Shown here: one piece after another, positions 31,201 through 40,241 of the stretch | Position numbering within the stretch: position 1 is the stretch's first letter | Layout of the letters: each line of letters opens with the position of its first letter | NCBI GenBank assembly: GCA_965243025.1 | Contig: CBDETY010000003.1 | Location: forward strand, 4,352,001 to 4,416,000 | Source: Candidatus Latescibacterota bacterium | GTDB lineage: Bacteria; Latescibacterota; UBA2968; UBA8231 | Direction of reading: 5' to 3' | Length of the DNA: 64,000 nucleotides | Notes under the pieces: model-generated | The model's input: the letters and a program-made list of their open reading frames with translations, nothing else | Database searches by the model: none | What the model was told of the DNA's origin: nothing | Made by a program: the position numbers and the translations under genes

Positions 31201-31414
31201 AAGCGGTGAGGCACTGTTCCTGAGCGCAAAGGGAGAGGGGGTGCAGGCGAGCGGCACCTCGGTAGGAGACGAAGGGTGCCTGCTCGAAGGCAACCTCGAA
31301 CGGCCGATGTCCCCCCGCGACCGGATCGAGGGCCTGTTCTTCCTGCAGCCGGCTGCGGGCCTGGAGGAGGGGAAGGAGGGGGCGGTCTGGAGTGAGTTCG
31401 AGGCGCTGCCGTAG
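28268..31414 (+). CDS. 1048-aa protein with an N-terminal GNAT domain and a large uncharacterised C-terminal region
   Basis: LNCHPEYHGKKHGK and N..AVPLYKKMGF acetyl-CoA motifs; RBS GGAGG. Confidence 0.8.
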   Translation: MLHKTRNLVEDWRKGDAEKLAAFEMEADTAWPGGGGWQTTADEQEREIRESSLLGAFVTENERRIVSICTIRAKPGQKANAFIPYLNCHPEYHGKKHGKSVLQAALDRACEAGFQRVDLYTWSGNLKAVPLYKKMGFMWRPDSAVHMENFTPAARRNPLAAVFFARHDWYDTQVRKLELEEDVMTRGNVKVYEYLWRAPDGDFLRLVFDRQSWGIIEIENSDLSASCSLSDEKLVAGVPHPVRWRIVNKKPDPVRVSLTASGDPGVQVEMRETLEVANAAELEGTFAIDPDVQEKTHAPKAALLRTDLEIDGVRVELTAGIAVRQAVDVSIDVVRSTLEPGTPQEALLTLRSNLEEACEARLRVTPAAGGDASEHRVALDPKGGAEFPAPVTASQAGPVALDVETSAAAGGKTVPVKTKRIDLLAVERGGVSGGVGEEGALLCGGGLMVSAGLRSGQVSIFHRLRALRSRRMDLHRPQLGPPFAGDDLFQEKAEASVERDALGVVLRLRTRSVLRPGVTLERRIAVGQGPLVRVSDTVTNGSTLPLDLSLVQGWGVRTGPGASYVVPRKQGVYRQAAGSGGREMDSLRLPEEGKAWPEGWICAEREDGCAAGLLWDRAERVPGPWGSLRLPAGRLQPGESKQLDPVYAFAGDGNWQTVRAWWRTLFGSVPEIETSAAPTHRPIEFGVEPGPLLIAGGMAEATLRIGHVGEHRLDGELVLEESPGLRPDVSSVKVSGLCESSPVVRKVEFHAAGRARPETEEIGARFETGEAVYRYSARALILPRNPREVRVSRQEKGRVIVVDNGILTAKVSPSFMGSVISLQREGREYLNSSYPDTVPRGWMNPWHGGISPAYDRLEDTLCKERFRYRVIERKGRQGLVWRGVRVHCRIAQEHARGQSIAFEYLLAPGADVLAILPGCRDELGISASGDVGFHIWPGFAASPGTASFYNATDESITPLAAPHWSWAGRWNWGGIVGKSGEALFLSAKGEGVQASGTSVGDEGCLLEGNLERPMSPRDRIEGLFFLQPAAGLEEGKEGAVWSEFEALP

Positions 31415-31545
31415 TGATTCGGTGAAGCCGGATCCTGATGCCCCTGCAAGACGATCCAGAATATTCCCTTCGGGTGGTGATCACCGTCCCGCGATGGCGG
31501 GCCCGGATCCATCAGGGGGTGCCTTTGCAGGCCAGGTTTATAGCT

Positions 31546-32502
31546 TCACTCCGCCAGCGACGCCTTGATCCTCGCCCACGAATCCGGCTTCACTGCTGTC
31601 CCGCCGCCCCCGGTCCCGTCAGCCCCGAGGAGGACCGCATCCACGAACGATTCGGCAAACCTCCATGTTTCCGAACCGAGAGGCGCGGCAGCTTCGTAAA
31701 AGGCACGCTTGGTTATGTCCCCATCCCTGTCTATCACTATCGGGCGCAGCCCGATGATCTTCCCGGGAAACAATTGGGAGACCTCGCTGTTGTCCGGACT
31801 CTCCCAATCCAGGCGGTCGAACGCCGTTACGTAGAACTCGATGACAGCGACGAGAGGGTTTTCACCGAACAGCCCTCCTCCCCCGTCGCCGTACGGCGGG
31901 GAAGTCACCCACCCGCTGAACTCGCTGAACTGGTGGGTTATTTCCAGTACTAAATTTCTGCCCGTATGTGACTGCGCCATGCCCACGTACTCCTGCACGT
32001 GCACGTTGAATAACGTCCGGTAATCGTCGCTGTCCCACCCCGGGGAGTCGCGGTCTCTGTTGCGCCACGAGGAATCAGCCCAAAGTCCTCCGCTGTGATC
32101 GCCATCTATGGCGATCGCGAAAATGTCCCACGCAAACTCCTGGTCGCCGTGCTCAACGTCGGCGCCGAACTCATTGTCGTAGTGATCATCTGTGGCAGTT
32201 ACCGCCACATAGAGGTGATTGGTCAGCTGCCGCCAGCCCAACCACATCACGAAGTCCAGGTCGGACGGATCGTATGCACTGATGTCGCCCCCTATCTCGA
32301 AATCCGTGATGGTCAGCGCAGGCTCCCCCAGTATTTCCCACCACTCAGCGACGGTGCCATCCTGCAGGTCGATCCGGGCGGCGGCCTCCTCGGTTACCTC
32401 TGGAATCGGAATGACTCGATCACTGAGCTGAGCTCGAGCTGGGCTCTGTCCTCCAGCAAACGACCCGGCGATCAGGGCAGCCGACAGGAATTGATGCCGC
32501 AT
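31546..32502 (-). CDS. Secreted CBM9-like sugar-binding protein with C-terminal TAV...SWARIK motif
   Basis: Signal peptide; DG...EW, LYVAV..TDD, AIDGDHSGG; ends GGGGTAVKPDSWARIKASLAE. Confidence 0.65.
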   Translation of the reverse strand: MRHQFLSAALIAGSFAGGQSPARAQLSDRVIPIPEVTEEAAARIDLQDGTVAEWWEILGEPALTITDFEIGGDISAYDPSDLDFVMWLGWRQLTNHLYVAVTATDDHYDNEFGADVEHGDQEFAWDIFAIAIDGDHSGGLWADSSWRNRDRDSPGWDSDDYRTLFNVHVQEYVGMAQSHTGRNLVLEITHQFSEFSGWVTSPPYGDGGGGLFGENPLVAVIEFYVTAFDRLDWESPDNSEVSQLFPGKIIGLRPIVIDRDGDITKRAFYEAAAPLGSETWRFAESFVDAVLLGADGTGGGGTAVKPDSWARIKASLAE

Positions 32503-32551
32503 CTTCCACCTCCTCCAGCGGGAATCGGTTCGCCATTTTTCGGGAAGCCGT

Positions 32552-33697
32552 TCACCTGTCCTGCACCGACCCGTCGAAGCCGACAGGCGTATCCAGAACC
32601 TTGGGTTTCTCGGGCCGAGTCAGGGCCGCTTCGTTCAGGGTGATCCCCAGGCCGGGGCCGTCGGGAACGGTGAGATAGCCGCCCGCCAGTTCCAGCGGGT
32701 TCAGCAGAAGGTCGCTCTTGGGCGGTTCCGACTCTCCCGTGTACTCCTGCAAGGCGAAGTTGGGGATGCATGCGTCGAGCTGCACGCAGGCCGCGGTGCT
32801 GACCGGCGACAGCGGGTTGTGGGGTATCACCTTGACGTGATGAGCCTCCGCCATGGCGGCGACCTTCTTGCATCCGGACAGCCCTCCGCACAGGCACAGG
32901 TCGGGCCGGACGTAGGACGCGGCCTTCGCTTCGAGAAGCTGCTGATACTCGAAAATCGTGGTGAACCGCTCGCCGGTGGCTATCGGAATGGCGCAGTTCC
33001 GGGCGACGTCTCCCATGATCGCCGGACTGTCAGGCAGCATCGGGTCCTCGTAGAAGTAGGGGCTGAACTGCTCGAGCCGGCGTCCGAGCCAGATGCTCTC
33101 GGCCGGGGCCATCTGCCGGTGTATCTCGACGCACAGGTCCACGCCGGGCCCCACGGCCTCGCGAACCGCGCCCACCCGCCTCACCGCCTCGTCGGCCCAT
33201 TCACTGTACGAGCGGTGCAGGTAGTACCCCTCCGGGAACGGCGAGAACCGCAAGGCGGTGAAGCCCTCGCCGGCCGCCTTCAGAGCGTCCGCGGCAAGGC
33301 CCTCCGCGGTGTCGTCGTCCTCGGGCGCGTGGACGTGCATGTAGCAGCGAACGCGGTCGCGCGTCCTGCCGCCCATCAGGTCGTACACGGGAACGCCGAG
33401 CCGCTTCCCCTTGATGTCCCAGAGCGCGATGTCGATTGCGGAGAGGGCGCCCTGGACGACCGACCCCATGAAGTGAGAGCTGCGGTAGAGCCACTGGTAG
33501 TGGTGTTCGATCAGGTGCGGGTCCTTCCCGAGGAGATAGGGCTCCATGGTTTCGATCATGGTTCTGGTCGGCCGCTGCCAGCCGTGGACGCCGCCCTCCC
33601 CGATGCCGACGGTCCCGTCCTCGCAGTGAATCTTTACGAGCAGCCAGCGGTCCCAGAGAAACGTCTCCAATTTTTCAATCCTGGTCGGGCTGGGCAT
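32552..33697 (-). CDS. Galactonate-dehydratase-like enolase-superfamily enzyme
   Basis: SAIDIALWDIKGK, VEIH, YEDP, ATGER, IPHNP, LQEY. Confidence 0.85.
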   Translation of the reverse strand: MPSPTRIEKLETFLWDRWLLVKIHCEDGTVGIGEGGVHGWQRPTRTMIETMEPYLLGKDPHLIEHHYQWLYRSSHFMGSVVQGALSAIDIALWDIKGKRLGVPVYDLMGGRTRDRVRCYMHVHAPEDDDTAEGLAADALKAAGEGFTALRFSPFPEGYYLHRSYSEWADEAVRRVGAVREAVGPGVDLCVEIHRQMAPAESIWLGRRLEQFSPYFYEDPMLPDSPAIMGDVARNCAIPIATGERFTTIFEYQQLLEAKAASYVRPDLCLCGGLSGCKKVAAMAEAHHVKVIPHNPLSPVSTAACVQLDACIPNFALQEYTGESEPPKSDLLLNPLELAGGYLTVPDGPGLGITLNEAALTRPEKPKVLDTPVGFDGSVQDR

Positions 33698-33762
33698 TTA
33701 TCCTTCTCCTGTGAGGGCTTGTCCGACTCTATCCTTCTTTAAATCCAAATGAGATCCAGCCT

Positions 33763-34815
33763 TCACGGCTTTTTACTGATTCGCACGGTGTCGCCTGCCG
33801 AGCAGCCAACCGTCTCCGCGGCGTTGGCGAAATTCCTGGCGATGCGCAGATAACCCGTCGCAAGGTGGAATGCGATCCAGTCGCCCCTTTCGACATCCGA
33901 ATAAGTCGTGCCGTAGAACGGCTCCGAGGTGAAATCTCCATAACTGAAGAGGAACCGCTCTCCCTTCTCGATACCAAGGCGGGAAAAATCCTCGGGGACA
34001 AACTCCGTATCGAGGCTGCTCGTCAGCCTGGCGATCCTTGCGTAAGCCCACCCGTCCCGAAAAAGGGCTACCGAGGCGGGCGGCTCGAGATACTCAGTCG
34101 CGTCGTGGAGGCGATTCAGCTCCCCTGTGTCGAGATAGGCATCCATTGCCAGAACGGCCGTCAGACGCTCACCGGGCAGCATGTTGCAATGCCCGTCGCG
34201 CACGATCCCCCAGATGGCCGGCCTGAATGCGGATGCCAGACTGCGAATGGTATAGGCGGTCACATCGGCCAGCTCGTCCTGGTTCGACAAGAAGAGGATC
34301 TGCCCTTTTGGGGCGAAGTTTATGAGGCGGCGCTTGTCCGGCTCTTTGGACACACCGAGGGCTGCGCAGACAGAGATGTAGCCGTCGTAGCCCGGTTCCC
34401 CGCCGGACCGTTCGGCCAGCCGAACCACTATCTGTCCACCCATGGAACTGCCCAGCACGACAGTCCGCTTCGGGGCGCCATACTTCGAAGCGATGATTTC
34501 ATAAAGGTTGTCCAGATCAGCCATGGCGTCATCAATTATCCAGCCGTTTCGCCTGTAGCTCGTGATTGCCAGCATCCACCCGTCCTTCAACAATGCAGCA
34601 TTCATTTCGGTGGTGATGCTCAAGTTTGCGGTCAGGGGCTGTTCCTTGGGGCGGTACCCAGGCGCGTACAGAAGCAACTTTCCGTTGTGCTCGGGGGGTA
34701 TTGCGATTTGATACCTGGCTCCTTCGACCGCGCCACTGTCGATGACTGCGGTTTCACTCCCTCCAATTTCCAATGGCGCCAGACAGGTCAGGGCCAAAGC
34801 TATCAGACAATGCAT
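33763..34815 (-). CDS. Secreted alpha/beta-hydrolase fused to a SAM hydroxide adenosyltransferase/halogenase-type C-terminal domain
   Basis: GSSMGG nucleophile elbow and GHC; C-terminus TYSDV..G..IA....GYL.IA.N..NAA...G...GD.V. Confidence 0.65.
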   Translation of the reverse strand: MHCLIALALTCLAPLEIGGSETAVIDSGAVEGARYQIAIPPEHNGKLLLYAPGYRPKEQPLTANLSITTEMNAALLKDGWMLAITSYRRNGWIIDDAMADLDNLYEIIASKYGAPKRTVVLGSSMGGQIVVRLAERSGGEPGYDGYISVCAALGVSKEPDKRRLINFAPKGQILFLSNQDELADVTAYTIRSLASAFRPAIWGIVRDGHCNMLPGERLTAVLAMDAYLDTGELNRLHDATEYLEPPASVALFRDGWAYARIARLTSSLDTEFVPEDFSRLGIEKGERFLFSYGDFTSEPFYGTTYSDVERGDWIAFHLATGYLRIARNFANAAETVGCSAGDTVRISKKP

Positions 34816-34994
34816 GATTCTTACCTCTCCCACAGATCCACGGTTGCCGGGGGTCAAAGGAAGATCAGCGGCTCATTCTTTCGCAACTGATGGCTTCTCG
34901 GAACCACGACCTTTCCAAAAACGCCGGGACTCGAGCATCTCTGCGCCGACATTCCCGGTACGTTTGGGTGCAGCGGCGGTTCCTCCCGGGCATG

Positions 34995-35030
34995 AAAAAG
35001 CGCCCGACGTCTCGCTGGCATCGGGCGCTT
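34995..35030 (-). terminator. Intrinsic terminator after the 35070-36263 gene
   Basis: Stem aagcgcccga/tcgggcgctt with a T run on the minus strand. Confidence 0.7.
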
Positions 35031-35069
35031 AACAGATCCGGATTGAGTTTCGAGTCGCTGCCGGGCATC

Positions 35070-36263
35070 TCAGACCGGTTTCAGCCACTCCTCGGGCACC
35101 TGAAGTCCGAAGCCGGGCCCCGGCGGCAGCCCGAGTTTGCCGTTTTCCGGCATCGGTGTTCCCGGCGGCGTTCGATAGCTGCCTCGTCCCGATTCCGAAG
35201 GCGACCCCAGGTAGCACTCCTGCAACGGCACGCCCGGCGGCGATGCCTGAAACATCTCGATCAACGGCGTGTTGGGCATGGCGGCCGTCCAGTGCTGTCC
35301 GTACGGATTGTTGGCGCCGGTGTGCAGACACATCGGAACGCCGGCCGCGTCCGCAAAGTGCGCCAGCTTCATCGCCTCGGTAAAACCGCCGATCCAGAGG
35401 AGGTCTGCCTGAACGAGGTCAATCAGGCTCTCCTCCACCGCCCGCATCCCGGGCCAGCGCGTCGCCCAGTGCTCTCCGGTGGCAAGGGTCTGCCAGGGAA
35501 CGCGCCGGCGCACCGCTTTCAGCCCCTTCCAGTCGTGCGGGACCAGCATCTCCTCCATCCACCGCATCCGGTAGGGGCGCAGGGCTTCGCACATCTGCAC
35601 GGCGTAATCGGCGTCGTAAGCCATCCAGCAGTCGAGCATCAAGTCCGCGTCCGGACCGATCAGCTCGCGGGTCCTGGCGATCAGTTCGACAGTGCCGTCG
35701 ATGCCGGCCTGCCCGTCGTAGACGCCGTGAGGCCGAGCCAGCTTGAACTTCCTGAACCCGAGTTCCAGACTCCAGTCCACGTCGTTGCCCGTCACATACA
35801 CATCCATGGAACGGCGCGCGGGTCCCCCGGCGAGCCGATAGACCGGTTGATCCAGGGTCTTGCCCCACAGATCCCACAACGCCAGATCCACCCCGGCCAC
35901 CGCGCGGGCGGTCAGACCTTCGTTTCCGAAAGAAAGCGTCCCCCGCCACATCAGATCGTTGCAAAGGTCGATCGCACCCACCTCCTGCCCGACAACCAGC
36001 GGCGCGAGACACTCCTCGATGAGGATCGCCGCCACGTGGCCGGTGTCGGCAAGCCCCAGGCCCCAGGTTCCGTCATCGGCAGTGACCTTGACCCACACCA
36101 GTCCGCCGGGCTCCCGTCGACGGACCTGCTGGTCGAACCGGTCCAGGGGGGTCGCCTGGACGAACGTCTGCCCCCATGACGGGCGGCGGGCCGGCGTCCC
36201 TTCCTCGCTCGGGGGCGGCGGTTGCAGTTTACATACCTGTATGTCGACTATCCTGCTGGCCAT
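35070..36263 (-). CDS. L-rhamnonate-dehydratase-like enolase-superfamily enzyme
   Basis: GVDLALWDL, KFK, LMLDCWM, WMEE, TGEHW, QAD. Confidence 0.85.
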   Translation of the reverse strand: MASRIVDIQVCKLQPPPPSEEGTPARRPSWGQTFVQATPLDRFDQQVRRREPGGLVWVKVTADDGTWGLGLADTGHVAAILIEECLAPLVVGQEVGAIDLCNDLMWRGTLSFGNEGLTARAVAGVDLALWDLWGKTLDQPVYRLAGGPARRSMDVYVTGNDVDWSLELGFRKFKLARPHGVYDGQAGIDGTVELIARTRELIGPDADLMLDCWMAYDADYAVQMCEALRPYRMRWMEEMLVPHDWKGLKAVRRRVPWQTLATGEHWATRWPGMRAVEESLIDLVQADLLWIGGFTEAMKLAHFADAAGVPMCLHTGANNPYGQHWTAAMPNTPLIEMFQASPPGVPLQECYLGSPSESGRGSYRTPPGTPMPENGKLGLPPGPGFGLQVPEEWLKPV

Positions 36264-36293
36264 TCAATTCCCTTCGTTCAGGTTCGTCGTTGT

Positions 36294-37142
36294 TTACCGG
36301 ACGCTGCCCGGCTCCAGCTCTTTCAACCGAATCGAACCATTCGTCGTCTTCAAATCAATCAGTCTCCCGCCGCCGTTTATTGTTCCGTCGACCGACTTCC
36401 CGATCCGGCCCTTCACCGCAACAGGAAAATCCGAATCGATACTCCCGTTTACCGTGGATGCTTTCAGGTGCGCCTTCAGCCCCCTGGGCAGCGAAACCTC
36501 GATGCCGCCGTTTGTCGTTGAGGCCCGGATATCATGGGGTCCCTCGCTGAGTTCGGAAATCACCACCTCGATCTTTCCGTTCGTGGCATTGGCCCCTATC
36601 CGTCCCAGGACCTCCGACAGATCGACCTTGCCGTTCGTGGTCCTGGCCTTGACCACCCCGGTTATCCCAGCAAGCTCAATGCGGCCGTTGGTCGTCTTCG
36701 CATCCACCCCGCCTGAAACATCTTTGGCCTGTATGCCTCCATTGACCGATCTCAACTTCAGGTCGATCTCCTCGGGAACCGTCAATGTGTAGGCCACACT
36801 GACGTTCCGCTTCCGTTTCGGTTGGGCTACTTCCGTGCGGATGTCAATCAGGTTCCCGGTACGGTCGAACTTCACCGTGGTCTCCTCCAGCAGCTGCCTT
36901 GCTTCTTCCTCGCTGCCGGCACCTGCCCGCTTCTCCGCCTTCATCGTCACCTCGTGCCGGTCCCAGGTGCCGACGGATATAGCTCCGTTCACGTTGACAA
37001 GCGACAGCCGTCCTCCCGGCTGAAATTCGACCGAGCGCTCAACGACCTCCTCCGCATACTCGCTGGCCCCTTCTCCGACACCCCAGCCGGCAGCCGGGAG
37101 AAGAACGCCTGGAATGGTGGCAAGGATATAAATCGGCTTCAT
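36294..37142 (-). CDS. DUF4097 beta-strand repeat protein (exported)
   Basis: Repeated (T/S)(T/V)NG.I motifs; signal peptide. Confidence 0.85.
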   Translation of the reverse strand: MKPIYILATIPGVLLPAAGWGVGEGASEYAEEVVERSVEFQPGGRLSLVNVNGAISVGTWDRHEVTMKAEKRAGAGSEEEARQLLEETTVKFDRTGNLIDIRTEVAQPKRKRNVSVAYTLTVPEEIDLKLRSVNGGIQAKDVSGGVDAKTTNGRIELAGITGVVKARTTNGKVDLSEVLGRIGANATNGKIEVVISELSEGPHDIRASTTNGGIEVSLPRGLKAHLKASTVNGSIDSDFPVAVKGRIGKSVDGTINGGGRLIDLKTTNGSIRLKELEPGSVR

Positions 37143-37213
37143 ATAGGAATTCGCTCCTTTCTCATCGACCCCGGACCCGTTCTCCGGCTCTGCCAGCCTT
37201 ACGCCAAGTGGGC

Positions 37214-38134
37214 TTACTCATCGAAAAACGGGTATGGCTCCCCTGCCTCCTCAAGCCTCTGCAGCAAGCTCGAGTACTTCAACACTTCCGTGAGCCGGCT
37301 CCGCCAATACGGGGAGTAGAATTCGACGAACTCCCGGAAGAACGCCCGGGCATGCTCGTTCACGCCATTCAAGTATTGCGGCATCAGGAACCACGGCTGG
37401 TCGCAGCTGTAATCCAGTCCCCGCCGGCGGATCGAGAACTGGGCGGCGGCCCGTTTTTTCACCGAGATCATCATCGTGCGCCTGAGTTTGTCCGCGTGAT
37501 AGCGGCCGCGATGGATGCACAACTGGGTAAACATCGCCGCGTCGCCGGGTTCGAGGTGGAGGCGAACCGCTCCCGGCATGTCATTCGACCGATTGTGAAT
37601 CTCGCCGTCGGCGACGCAAATCGCGTGCTCTTCGGGGGAGTATTCACGCAAGTGCGACCCCGGCACCAGTTCGAGATCGTCGGAAGGAACCAGCGCAATC
37701 TGCATCTGCAATCCCGCGCCGGTTTCCCTGATCCGGGATACGTCGGCTTCTTCGCCGATTTTGTCCTTGTGCCAGAACCCGTCCTGACTCTCCAACGCCG
37801 GATTGAAGTAGAGGCTGGCCATGGCGAACAGGTACTCTTCCTCCAAGGCCGTGGTCAGTGGTTCGACAACCTGGGGGGCTCCTATGGCATTGAGCAGAAA
37901 GGCGAGATCGTCGGGATGACCGCGGTGGTATTCCGGGTCGTTCAGGTGCCTCATGTAATTCGCCCGGGGGCTGACAGGTGGATTGTCGGAGCGCGGCGCC
38001 CGCCGCCACTGTTCCAGCACCCGCTCACAGATCCCGCGCAGCCGCTCAGTTGTTGCGGCGTCGAACAATCCACGCACGACGGCATAGCTGCACTCGCGCA
38101 GCTGCGCCGGTCCTGGTTCGATTTCCACTGTCAT
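37214..38134 (-). CDS. PhyH-family dioxygenase
   Basis: WHKD, VPGSH, L.PGDAA.F....IHRG. Confidence 0.8.
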   Translation of the reverse strand: MTVEIEPGPAQLRECSYAVVRGLFDAATTERLRGICERVLEQWRRAPRSDNPPVSPRANYMRHLNDPEYHRGHPDDLAFLLNAIGAPQVVEPLTTALEEEYLFAMASLYFNPALESQDGFWHKDKIGEEADVSRIRETGAGLQMQIALVPSDDLELVPGSHLREYSPEEHAICVADGEIHNRSNDMPGAVRLHLEPGDAAMFTQLCIHRGRYHADKLRRTMMISVKKRAAAQFSIRRRGLDYSCDQPWFLMPQYLNGVNEHARAFFREFVEFYSPYWRSRLTEVLKYSSLLQRLEEAGEPYPFFDE

Positions 38135-38289
38135 TTTCGTCCTTCCGCGTTGTCGTTGAGAAAATCCGAGGCCATGGGACCCGGGTAGACCCCGAACTGA
38201 AACGCCATATGGTCCCTCGTGCCGCATTCACCGGTACCCGGCTTGAGCCCCCTCAGTTCGGTCATCAGGTGCTGTCGTTCACTAGAAAT

Positions 38290-38430
38290 CGAGCGGATGT
38301 AAGGGAAGTGATTGCCACTGCGGAAGGTTATCTCGATGCCGTCCAGGTGGAAACGACGGGAGAATTCCTCAATCGCCCCGAAATGGAAGTCCCTCACCTC
38401 GCGGAAACGAGAAATCGAGCGTGCCCGGCT
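38290..38430 (-). pseudogene. Frameshifted fragment of a GHL10/DUF187-like glycoside hydrolase
   Basis: LDFSFP + one extra base at ~38401 + EVRDFHFGAIEEFSRRFHLDGIEITF. Confidence 0.55.
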
Positions 38431-38547
38431 TGGTCAGCGGCCCCGCCGGCGGGAGGGATCGGTCTTGGTCCCGGCGGTCTCGAAGGCATTGGTCGTCGCT
38501 CTCCTTTGATTTGCGAAAGTCACCGCGCCGGAGAACCCTGGGGCGAA

Positions 38548-39063
38548 TCAGAACAACTGTGTCTGCTCGTCCGGTGGAATCGGTAGGTCGTAGGTCCTGA
38601 TCACTTTGAAGTTCAGTGACTCTCCCAGCTTCCCCAAGTCGGCGTCATCAGAGTAGATCGTGGTTTCACCTTCAACCCGGGCAATGGCAACTATCTGCCT
38701 ATCGAACTTTAACGAAGCCCGGGTGCTGCTGGCACCCACGCGAAAACTCTGCCCAGTTGATCCTTCTCGAGTAATGGCGGCGAGCTCGATGGCAGCACGT
38801 TGGTCGAAAGGGGCAATGCGGAAACGGGAAGTGTTGTTGAGAACTTCGAGATAACTGGCCACCGCGTCGTTGGCGTGTACGAGGACTTCACCAAGTGCCG
38901 GCGTAGGAACGATGATCCGTTCACGCTTCTGCTCCAACGTCTGAACGAGATTGTCGATCCGGGCCTTGGCATCGGCCAAAGGTTTCTGAGTTGCTGGATC
39001 GGTGATAGCAGGGGCGGCTGGCTCCAGAAGGTGAATCAGGGCCGTGGCATCGAATACAGCCAT
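38548..39063 (-). CDS. PIN-domain (VapC-like) ribonuclease
   Basis: VFDAT, PTPALGE, KFDRQI.AIA and IYSDD.DL give the acidic PIN active-site set. Confidence 0.8.
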   Translation of the reverse strand: MAVFDATALIHLLEPAAPAITDPATQKPLADAKARIDNLVQTLEQKRERIIVPTPALGEVLVHANDAVASYLEVLNNTSRFRIAPFDQRAAIELAAITREGSTGQSFRVGASSTRASLKFDRQIVAIARVEGETTIYSDDADLGKLGESLNFKVIRTYDLPIPPDEQTQLF

Positions 39064-39812
39064 CAGTGACTGTTTTCGGCCTCTTCCCGCAAGCGCTGGA
39101 GTTCTGCCAGGGGATTGTCGATGTCCCGCCAGCCACTGCCTTGGACCTCGCGGAGTTGCTGTACAACCTCGGGGAGAGGCCTGTCGTCCAGGACCTCGAA
39201 ATCTTTTATGTCGAAACGCAACAGGATCCACTTGCCCTCCTCATCGCGTTTCCAACGACCGTTGCCGACAACACGAATCGTTCCGCTGAAAAGGTGAGGT
39301 GCCAAGCGTCGGGCCATCTCCCTGGTCGCGTTGCAACTATGGACTACATCGCCGTCCAGCAGGTGTACCGGAACGGTCTCATCCCTGCCGCCTACACGGA
39401 TCAAAGTCCCGTCAAAGACCCCGTCCTGCCGGAATGGGCCAAACGTCGGGGGCTGCGTCCTTTCCGGACCAGGGAATAACAGAATCTCGGTCCCGTCAGT
39501 TTCCCGGAGGCTTGCCGTTGCGCCGTCTTCAGCCAAGCGGCGGTCAATCGCCCTGTATGGCTTCGCAATATCTTCCGGGGCGTGGGCGTCTCCGGCAATA
39601 CTCAGACGTTCCTGGACCGCTGCAACCGCATCCCCGTCTACATGCTGAACAAGGACCGTACTCCCGGGTTCAAGACGATCGAAATGGACATGTTCGTCCT
39701 CGCCGAACAACTGGGCTAGTTCAGCCATGTATTCCGCCAGCCGAGCCATGGGAAACTCCCCCGGTTCCCAAGCATCGATGACGAAGCGAAAGGTGTGCTG
39801 TGGATCACTCAC
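39063..39812 (-). CDS. Hypothetical 249-aa protein translationally coupled to the PIN gene
   Basis: GTG after AAAGGAGA; TGATG overlap at 39061-39065. Confidence 0.8.
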   Translation of the reverse strand: MSDPQHTFRFVIDAWEPGEFPMARLAEYMAELAQLFGEDEHVHFDRLEPGSTVLVQHVDGDAVAAVQERLSIAGDAHAPEDIAKPYRAIDRRLAEDGATASLRETDGTEILLFPGPERTQPPTFGPFRQDGVFDGTLIRVGGRDETVPVHLLDGDVVHSCNATREMARRLAPHLFSGTIRVVGNGRWKRDEEGKWILLRFDIKDFEVLDDRPLPEVVQQLREVQGSGWRDIDNPLAELQRLREEAENSH

Positions 39813-40241
39813 GTTTTATCTCCTTTACGGTCCACCCTGCACCAGTTCGGATTCGGTAGAGATCAATCGGTTTCGGTAACGGCCCCGGGGGTTCCCGCGT
39901 CCGTCCATGGTTTGATCGCCTCTGCAGAACCGCCAGCCAGTGTCAAGAACCTAGAATCAGTTCGCTTCCGGTCAAAGGTAGACCAGTCCTACCGGCCCCC
40001 AATACAAAGAAGATGGTGACCGGGTCGGCTCAGCATTTACAGATAGTGGGTCGAAGCACTGTCCCGGCTTCTGATGCTCGCGGCACCCCCGAAACACCCC
40101 GACACACCAACAATAAATACTGCTGATTCACCGCAACGGCCGATTTCATGCCGGATTCCTTGAAGCCCCCCGGCCGCGCCGGTAGATTTCCAACACTCCC
40201 GACACCCCGGCCTCCAGAGCACCCGTAACCCACTACGGCTC

